64,000 bases of DNA from a virus. The stretch spans positions 10,999-74,998 of IMG/VR virus record IMGVR_UViG_3300033150_000473, one strand, 5' to 3'. The notes under the pieces are model-generated. The model searched no databases. It saw nothing but the letters and a program-made list of their open reading frames with translations, and was not told the DNA's origin. Positions 57,155 through 64,000 of the stretch are shown here, piece by piece (position 1 is the first letter of the stretch; every line of letters begins with the position of its first letter). The position numbers and the translations under genes are program-made.

Positions 57155-57556
57155 TCAGAAGCAGCCTGGCGACTGGTTGCAGTAGTAGTCCAGCCGCGGG
57201 TACACACGCGCATATTGCCCCGCAGGTGGAGGGGCGACGAAGTAGATACCACTACCCGCAATGCTGTATCTCCCTCTGGCCTGAACTTGACAGTAAGAGT
57301 AAGGACTTACGACATACGCTGGTAACGCCACAGCAAACCACCCGCTGCTTTGAGTAGTAGTATATTTCGTGAGACCGCCACCTGGGTAACGGCAACTGAC
57401 TTTTACCGTTGCCCCAGACCACTGCGGAGGCCAGTAGTTCTTGCTACACGCCCACCCTGGCGTGACTCGGCCAGAGATGTTGCTATCGTTGGAACCTGCT
57501 GCCGTTGGTAGGACGACGAGTAACACTAGTGCGATTGCTACGATCAACTTCTTCAT
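57155..57556 (-). CDS. secreted beta-rich protein
   Basis: AAGGAG RBS; signal peptide MKKLIVAIALVLLVVLPTAA. Confidence 0.7.
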   Translation of the reverse strand: MKKLIVAIALVLLVVLPTAAGSNDSNISGRVTPGWACSKNYWPPQWSGATVKVSCRYPGGGLTKYTTTQSSGWFAVALPAYVVSPYSYCQVQARGRYSIAGSGIYFVAPPPAGQYARVYPRLDYYCNQSPGCF

Positions 57557-57627
57557 GTTTTTAGCTCTCCTTTGATTGGTGTTCGGGTTTGTTTGATCTG
57601 TTGTTTGGTCATAGTCTCCTCCCAAGT

Positions 57628-57963
57628 TTAGTCCTCGTCTGTGAAAACATCCGTGATAGCAATGCACCATATCCACGAGCCGTCGTCCACGTACAGCCTG
57701 GGGAAGTCCCAGACGTTTTGCCCCTCGTTTTCCATGAACCGCACTCGTCCCAGGGGCAAACCTGGCATCTGGATTTCGTGGCACTGGTTGTCCTTCCAGA
57801 GCAGAAAAGCATACCGTCCTTCGCCGTAGTCCATCTTGGGTATTCGTATCCAATCGACGTTGGGAATACCGGCATCAACCAGGAAGTGCTTGATGTTCTC
57901 GGTAGCGTTGGCTTCCGTAGCGTTGGCTACTGGTCCTGTGCCAGGGTTTATGACTACTTCCAT
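57628..57963 (-). CDS. hypothetical protein
   Basis: AGGAGG RBS; DFPRLYVDDGSW. Confidence 0.65.
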   Translation of the reverse strand: MEVVINPGTGPVANATEANATENIKHFLVDAGIPNVDWIRIPKMDYGEGRYAFLLWKDNQCHEIQMPGLPLGRVRFMENEGQNVWDFPRLYVDDGSWIWCIAITDVFTDED

Positions 57964-58011
57964 CGGTCTCCTCCTTGGTACGGTGCTCCACAAAACCCGT
58001 CACTTGGCGAG

Positions 58012-58302
58012 TTAGTCCTCGCGTGCCGCAAAGAAGTGTAGGACGATCCAGCCCTCCCTCACCGCGGTTCCGAGGGAAAGCAGCTTCTGTGGCGGTGTAA
58101 ACTCTTGTCCTGTCAATATAGTCCAGAATGTCCAGGTTTCCTTCTCTTGCTCCTCGGGGTCAACTAGTACCCAAACCATAGGCGCGTCAGCTTGGTAACG
58201 AACATACAGTGGTTGAGACCCGCATGGCAGGGTTTTCTTTTGTAGCGTCCTCAAATCAGATAGCGGGTATTTCCAAACCGTTCTCGTTTCGTTCTCGGCC
58301 AT
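58012..58302 (-). CDS. conserved-type phage hypothetical protein
   Basis: VWKYPL...VWVLVDP...TG...GT...VLHFF; AGGAGG RBS. Confidence 0.7.
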   Translation of the reverse strand: MAENETRTVWKYPLSDLRTLQKKTLPCGSQPLYVRYQADAPMVWVLVDPEEQEKETWTFWTILTGQEFTPPQKLLSLGTAVREGWIVLHFFAARED

Positions 58303-58317
58303 CAGTCTCCTCCTTGA

Positions 58318-58390
58318 AGGGTAGGGCAGGATTTGAACCTGCGTCAGTCTCGGGCCACATCCGAGCGCTCTGCCGCTGAGCTACCTACCC
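58318..58390 (-). tRNA. atypical tRNA, anticodon GTG (His)
   Basis: Full cloverleaf: GGGTAGG/CCTACCC, GCTC/GAGC, CTCGG-ATGTGGC-CCGAG, GCAGG-TTCAAAT-CCTGC. Confidence 0.85.
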
Positions 58391-58861
58391 GCTCAGAAAC
58401 CCGCACTCCCGCAGCCGCCGTTCCATCTCGGCAACCACCAGCTCCAGTCTCAGGTTGCCAGCGGTCGTGAAGTCGCCGTCGTAATCGTCAGGACGGTGGG
58501 CTTCACGGAACTCCCGATACAGCATGTCGTTGCCCATAGCAGCTAGTTCGCCAGGGCACTCCGTGTGGATTTGCAGCACCCCCTGGCACGCGGTACAGAG
58601 GCCGCCGTCAACCGTGTAGTCGTTCCAAACACCAGGCGGGAGTACCCTTCGCGTCCGCGGGCTGACCGTATCAGACGAAACGCCGTGTATCCACCTCTCG
58701 TGTCCCTGTCCAGGTAACAATCCCACCTGATCTTGGAAGGCTTTGCCGCACCAAGTCTCTACTAGACCTGCTGCCGCATACGCCTTGGCCTCGTATGGCC
58801 CTTTGATGATGTGGACAGGGCCGTTTAGGCGGCCGCGGAACGAGTTTTGGATGTATTTCAT
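58385..58861 (-). CDS. hypothetical protein
   Basis: 158 aa; stop codon overlaps the tRNA 5' end. Confidence 0.6.
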   Translation of the reverse strand: MKYIQNSFRGRLNGPVHIIKGPYEAKAYAAAGLVETWCGKAFQDQVGLLPGQGHERWIHGVSSDTVSPRTRRVLPPGVWNDYTVDGGLCTACQGVLQIHTECPGELAAMGNDMLYREFREAHRPDDYDGDFTTAGNLRLELVVAEMERRLRECGFLSG

Positions 58862-59126
58862 TAGTGACCCCCTTCACAATGCACGGACGTGCATTGGCTC
58901 GAACTTCCGGCACTTGCCATCGTCGTTATGGTCTCGGCAATTGGCGTACCCTTGTGGCTCTTGCTTGCCAGTCACGTAGTTGAATACGCGCGGCAGTGGA
59001 TATGCTTTGCAGACGTGGCTGTACCAAATGTCGGCCCGCTTTGTACCGGCGTTGAGGTTCAGGAAGTGCTTGCAGTTGTAGCAGATTGCTTTCATGGTGT
59101 CTTCTCCTTGTGTGTTGACGTGCATT

Positions 59127-59492
59127 CTAGCTGTAGTCCGTTAGGCGGCTCTTGAAACAGCTTTGCGCGCACCTGTACCACGCACGGACATTCTTTTCGC
59201 CGTATCGCTCGCAGGCCAGCGCCCAGAAGAAACGCGCTCCTGGTATCCGCTCATGGCAATCGTGATTGACGAGAAAGAGATTTATCGGGTGGTTCAGGAT
59301 TTCGGCCCTGTGTTCTTTTGCTACGCCGCGGAAGTGTGCCTTTGTGAGTATGCCGTGATGCAGTTCGGGATGCTCCAGCATCTGTCCGCATCCGCAGGAG
59401 CAAGGCTCGTTTAGGGCAAAATGGATAGCGAGAAGGTCCGCACGCGTCTCCCCCAGGCTTTGCCCCGCAGGAATAGCATTCCAAGCGCTCAT
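59127..59492 (-). CDS. HNH-like Zn-binding protein
   Basis: CSCGC...ELHH...NL...CH. Confidence 0.55.
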   Translation of the reverse strand: MSAWNAIPAGQSLGETRADLLAIHFALNEPCSCGCGQMLEHPELHHGILTKAHFRGVAKEHRAEILNHPINLFLVNHDCHERIPGARFFWALACERYGEKNVRAWYRCAQSCFKSRLTDYS

Positions 59493-59854
59493 CCTGTCTC
59501 CTCAAACAACGCCATCTGCCCCAGCACCTCGCGGTATCGTCGCAGGATACCGGCCACCTGTTGCTTGAACGGCTCACCGACCTCCCAGTCGTCGTCCCAC
59601 CAGCGGGGATACGCTTTGTTGCGGATGCGTTGCCAGTCATCCAGCGCCAGGTCGTTGAACGTCTCCACTTCTCTGCCGAGCAGTTCTGACACCAGGAACA
59701 GGCGCTCGTCACGGCTACTGACGCCGAGTTTTTTGGACAGCAGGATCAGGGCTAGTCTCTGGCCGTTGGTGATCATAATGCCTCCTGGCCCGTGTTGGCG
59801 ACCACACGGCAAGGGGATGCCAGGGCTGACCAGGCCCACCGCCAACACGAGCCA

Positions 59855-60061
59855 CTATCTGTTGAGTTCCCGAAACACGAGCAGGAAAGCCACCACGAAC
59901 ACCCCCGCGGACAGCCACTCAGCCCAAGCTTCGCCGCGGTCAAGCGCCACTACCGTGATAGCTATGCCCCAGAGGGCCAGCACGATGACAGCTATGGCCG
60001 CCAGAAGCATCCCGATCCACAGTAACTTGCCGAGCCAGAGAAACTCGTTGTCTTCCATCAT
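59855..60061 (-). CDS. small 2-TM protein
   Basis: Two hydrophobic segments. Confidence 0.55.
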   Translation of the reverse strand: MMEDNEFLWLGKLLWIGMLLAAIAVIVLALWGIAITVVALDRGEAWAEWLSAGVFVVAFLLVFRELNR

Positions 60062-60376
60062 TCGACTCCCCCCGCCTCTCCGGTCTCTGACCACAAGTCG
60101 TTCAAGTTTGTGGCGATGATGGCATAAGGCATCTGTGAGTGCCCGATGTATACTGTGACGCCAGGAGCGATGTGCCTGTCGTTTGTTTTGGCGAAAATTG
60201 TCAGTGCTAGTTTCCGAAGAGTCTGTTCCGCCCCGTCTCTACGCCCCGCCGCTTTCTGGTAGTGACCTATCGCCTCCGATTGAACACGCCAATCGCCGTA
60301 TACTTCTGGAATATTCGCTTTGGCCCTTTCAGCCTCGCGGCGGGCCGTGATCACATTAGCGTAAGCTGCACGCAGT

Positions 60377-60634
60377 TCAGTATTCATATTCCCTCCAGTC
60401 GCCATGAGATTTGAAGCACAGCGGACAAATCGGCGGCGCTTTCCACTGTGCAGCGACCACTTGTACCCTACCGTGCCACATCGTCAGCAGTCCATCCGCA
60501 ACCAGGTTCTGGACACAGCTATGGGCCACGGACGTCGAGGACAGGTGGCAGCCGTCGCGGATCTCTCGGATCGTAGGTGGTAGCTGGTGCTCCAGGTAGT
60601 AGGCTACGATGTAGTGGTAGACCGCCTGAGTCAT
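60377..60634 (-). CDS. LexA-type winged-HTH protein (DNA-binding domain only)
   Basis: PPTIREIRDGCHLSSTSVA...L...G; AGGAGG RBS. Confidence 0.85.
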   Translation of the reverse strand: MTQAVYHYIVAYYLEHQLPPTIREIRDGCHLSSTSVAHSCVQNLVADGLLTMWHGRVQVVAAQWKAPPICPLCFKSHGDWREYEY

Positions 60635-60948
60635 GGTGTCTCCTCCTGTATCAGGGCGACTGCCTGCCTGCGCTTCTCTTCCTTCTTCCTCCAAAACCTG
60701 CGCCACCGCGCCTCGGGCCACCCAGACATCCCTCGCACAAACCCGCATCCACAGTCGGCTATGAAAACACCGCAGTCCTTGCAATGAGCCTCGTAGCCCG
60801 AACAGTAGGGCGTCCCGCAAGCAACGTCCGCGTAGTAGTCCGGATACAGGTTCTCGTGCTTGCACTTCGCCACCTTGTCCCAAAAGTTCACGTTACCCCT
60901 CCTGCATCGGGGCGACCCAGGAAGCCGCCCCGGTGCACGTCCGTGCAT

Positions 60949-61662
60949 TTAATCTTCGTAACTTTCAGGGACTTCAGTCAGCACATCAACGCCCACGAAG
61001 TCAATCACCCTGACAGGGATCATCTTGCCCTTGCCGCCCATCTTCTGGGTGCAAACGGCAAGGACATCTTTCTTCGTGAAGTCAATGTTCTTGCCGACTT
61101 CCCAAGTATCTATGTTAGTCAGCCCGCCTAGCTTCTCAATCCCGCTGCTGTCGGGCCACGCCTTAGCGCCCCACTTGCGCCACGGGAACCCCTCGACCAG
61201 ATAGTAGGGGTTGCCGTTATCCGTCACTTTCTTCGTAATGCTGTCCACCTCGATGGTGCGTGTTGTTGCTTCTGTGCCCCCCTCACTGCCGCCTGTCTTC
61301 GTCTGCTTGCCCAGCTTCTTTTTCACCTTGGCCGTGGTCTCTGCGATCTCTGCCTCTGTCCTTGGTTTCCGGTCGGTAGGCATCCAGCCTTGCTCTACCA
61401 GGTCACCAAAAGCATTGGACGCTGTGAACACGGTATCTAGTACCATGCGCCTGGTTGCTCCGCCGCGGACGACGACGTGAATCTTCACTCCAGCAGGGGC
61501 GAAGACGTCGAACCAGGTCACGACGGTGTGGTTCGGGGGAAGTGGTTGCTCGCTGCCAAAAGCCGCAGCAACCTCGTCGTTGGTCAATTCCTTCTCCGCG
61601 GCCCACGTTTTGATCTTCTCCAATAGAACGCGCTTGGCCGCCACTTCTGCATCTGTACTCAT
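60949..61662 (-). CDS. hypothetical protein (possible ssDNA-binding/recombination)
   Basis: Own promoter, AAGGAG RBS; beta-rich C-terminus with acidic tail. Confidence 0.55.
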   Translation of the reverse strand: MSTDAEVAAKRVLLEKIKTWAAEKELTNDEVAAAFGSEQPLPPNHTVVTWFDVFAPAGVKIHVVVRGGATRRMVLDTVFTASNAFGDLVEQGWMPTDRKPRTEAEIAETTAKVKKKLGKQTKTGGSEGGTEATTRTIEVDSITKKVTDNGNPYYLVEGFPWRKWGAKAWPDSSGIEKLGGLTNIDTWEVGKNIDFTKKDVLAVCTQKMGGKGKMIPVRVIDFVGVDVLTEVPESYED

Positions 61663-61699
61663 GTTCTCTCTCTCCTTTTGTGTATTGTGCTCCACCGCA

Positions 61700-61728
61700 A
61701 TTATACCACACCTTGCTGAACTTGGCAA
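61700..61728 (-). promoter_or_regulatory. sigma70-type promoter
   Basis: TTGCCA-17 nt-TATAAT with TGTGG. Confidence 0.8.
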
Positions 61729-62268
61729 GTTAGCCTTTGATAATAGTCAGGCCAGACGTACGGATCAGTTTCTGCCTCGCTGTGCCCGCTGTAGGGCAAG
61801 TCAGCCTCGCACGGCAGTGCCGCCACGTGTAGCCTGTGGCACAAGAGGCAGAGTTTCCGGTCGGGGCAAGACTTGCAGCTTGTGCCTCGTTTCCCCTGGC
61901 CCTGCTTGCAGACGAACACTAACCTGGGTTCGAGTCTGGCCGCTCTCCAGGCTACGGCGGGTTGGGAAACGCCGAGAAACTTTGCCGTCTCAGTTGATGA
62001 CATTCCTGCTTGCTGGCAGGTTATCAACTGCGCGGGATTAATTGTGTACATTGGCTTTGAACTCCTTGATCTCCTTGGCAGTAAACGGCCCCCAGGTGTT
62101 GCCATGTTCAGGGCCTACGGTAGCCCAGAACTCCAGACATAGAGCGCAGCGGCAGTGGTAGGGATGACTAGGCCCAGACGCTTCTAGGAGCATCTCTGTC
62201 GTTTCGTCGCCAATCGCAGACATGCCGTCCAGGAAGCGTTGCAGGTTCGGGTGTCTCATCGTTCCTCC

Positions 62269-62652
62269 TCAGAATCTTGGATCTGTAGCCCCACACGGGT
62301 TCATGGGGTCTTGCTCGAACTCCTGGGGAGGCTCTGGAAACTTGTCTGGCTGGCTGGGCATGTCTACCCATTGCAGCGCTACTGACCACATGTGGTCAGT
62401 CCATTCATCGAGTGGCAGGCCCAGGGGTTTCCAGCCCAGCCGTGCGGCCTTTTTGTACTCTGGTTTGAGCAGTGACCGCGGTGTGGTCAGTCGCTTGCCG
62501 TCGTGTCGCATGGTGTACTGTGCATGGCATCGGGTACAGCGGCAGACGCCGTGGATGATACCCCACTCTAAGCTAATCGCCCCGCAGACCTCGCACTCCC
62601 AGTCGGGGTCTAGTGGCCAGTCCATGTTACCGCCCCATTCTGTGAAAGTCAT
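62269..62652 (-). CDS. Zn-ribbon hypothetical protein
   Basis: CEVC...CTRC; AGGAGG RBS. Confidence 0.6.
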   Translation of the reverse strand: MTFTEWGGNMDWPLDPDWECEVCGAISLEWGIIHGVCRCTRCHAQYTMRHDGKRLTTPRSLLKPEYKKAARLGWKPLGLPLDEWTDHMWSVALQWVDMPSQPDKFPEPPQEFEQDPMNPCGATDPRF

Positions 62653-63441
62653 CGCTCCTCCTGTATCAGCATAGTCATGTTCTTGATTCCTGCCATCCTG
62701 GACAGGTCTTCGGCTATCCCCAGCAGCGCAGCCAGCATACCGATACTAGCGATCTCTGTAGTAGTAACGGTGTCGTAGTCGGTAACGCGCTGTAAAGCCC
62801 GTGCCAAATACCTGTGACCAATCGTTCTCAGTTCGCTTTGGCTGTATTCGCTCATGCCTCGCCTCCTGTCAAGAAAATCTGTGGCACATCTCGCAGCCAC
62901 TCGTGCTCATCGCGGGCTGCGTCGTACAGTTCAGCGTCGAACAGTCCCCAGCGCCACAGGTCGCCGTCTTCCTGGACGATCAGCCAGATTTGCGTGCCTT
63001 TCCATGCTTGGGCTGTGGCCACGACGTAACCAATAGCCCCTAGCTCAGCACGGGCAATGCGGTCATTGTAGCCCTCGGCATCAGGGATACTTGGGGCTCG
63101 GATCTGCTCGAAGATACCCGCGTCCAGGGTCAGCAGTTTAGTCAACAACTCGGTCATTCTGGGTTCTCCTTTCTAGTTCTGCGTCAACCATCGCTACGAT
63201 TGCCGCGTTGACATCGAGGCGTTTCTGTGTGCTCTCTCCGTTGTATGTGTCAACCCCAAGCGCTAGGGCTTTCTGGCACAGAAGCACATCGTTCGCGGAT
63301 GCTAGTCTGTCCGCGTGCAGTTCTTCTAGCGGAATCTTTGTGATGTCAGTCATGGTAACTCCCGTTGCAGGAGCAGTTGCCCCAGCGCCAGGGCCAGGAA
63401 CAGAACCCCAGAGCCAGCGAGCAGCCACAGGATGTCTCGGA

Positions 63442-63615
63442 TCATGCGTCAATCTCCTTTTCGTGATAATAGTCGGCGGCCTCAAAACCCTCTTGGTAAC
63501 GGCATTCCTCGCAGTCCTCCCAGGTATGGTCGTCATGGCACTCTCTGCATAGAGATAGACCACAGTTCGTGGGATACAGCTCCGCATATTCCTCTTTGCA
63601 GTTGTCGCATTTCAT
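63442..63615 (-). CDS. 57-aa Cys-rich protein (MKCDNCKEEYAELYPTNCGLSLCRECHDD...)
   Basis: Read manually; AAGGGAG RBS; three CxxC. Confidence 0.6.
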   Translation of the reverse strand: MKCDNCKEEYAELYPTNCGLSLCRECHDDHTWEDCEECRYQEGFEAADYYHEKEIDA

Positions 63616-64000
63616 TCAGAGTCTCCCTTCTTGTAGGCTCTCTCAACTAGCCACGAGCCTACGAGCCAGGTAACGAACGCAACGGTGAACACGGCGAGCA
63701 GTAGCTTGTCATTCATTCTCGGCCAACTCCTCGATAGGTATGCGGAGGGGCTCTCCCGTCCTTGGCCCAACGTCGTGGTCGTAGACCGCGCCCGCCAGTC
63801 CTTCGGGCCAATTGATGACGGCTTGCACTACTCCGCCACTGACTATGATCTGGACTTCCTTCTCTTCTTCCAACTCTCTACCCATTGCGTAGGCAAGGGC
63901 CCGGCGATCAACGGGCACTTGCTCGCTGTGTGAACCTACAGAATCCCGCCTGAGGGATTGAAACTGGTCGTCATGGCACTCTCTGCATAGAGATAGACCA
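63527..64000. repeat. direct repeat of at least 36 bp (63527-63562 = 63965-64000)
   Basis: TGGTCGTCATGGCACTCTCTGCATAGAGATAGACCA occurs twice; the second copy runs off the window end. Confidence 0.9.

Noticed and set aside
58318-58390. tRNA as a prophage attachment site
   Set aside because: Phage genes lie on both sides; no duplicated 3' end and no integrase in the window.
63138-63587. 149-aa ORF as listed in the track
   Set aside because: Its N-terminal half overlaps two better small ORFs in other frames; the real gene probably starts at MTDITK (63353).

Overview
This window is a segment of a tailed dsDNA phage genome with siphovirus-like gene order. The + strand (about 0.15-41.6 kb) carries packaging, head, tail and extracellular-protein genes. 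The - strand (about 41.7-64 kb) carries replication, nucleotide-metabolism and early genes (initiator, DnaB-like helicase, primase, RuvC, ThyX, dCTP deaminase, DNA methyltransferase, homing endonucleases, one atypical tRNA). The host is probably Chloroflexota, inferred only from the style of the secreted PT-repeat/DNRLRE proteins. Highlights: (1) a compact DGR without an avd gene (target-VR-TR-RT) between terminase and portal, whose TR has in-frame TAG stops and shows strongly G-biased change at isolated adenines; (2) a glycosylation/sulfation cassette directly after the major capsid gene; (3) a shared promoter plus pseudoknot/terminator RNA leader in front of two unrelated GIY-YIG genes; (4) two candidate non-coding RNAs, one with an anti-Shine-Dalgarno tract; (5) a dispersed 18-bp palindrome at gene junctions; (6) an intein in the TerL Walker A motif, a papain-family protease in the head module, and a probable +1 tail-chaperone frameshift. 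All family calls come from motif recognition by eye; no searches were run.
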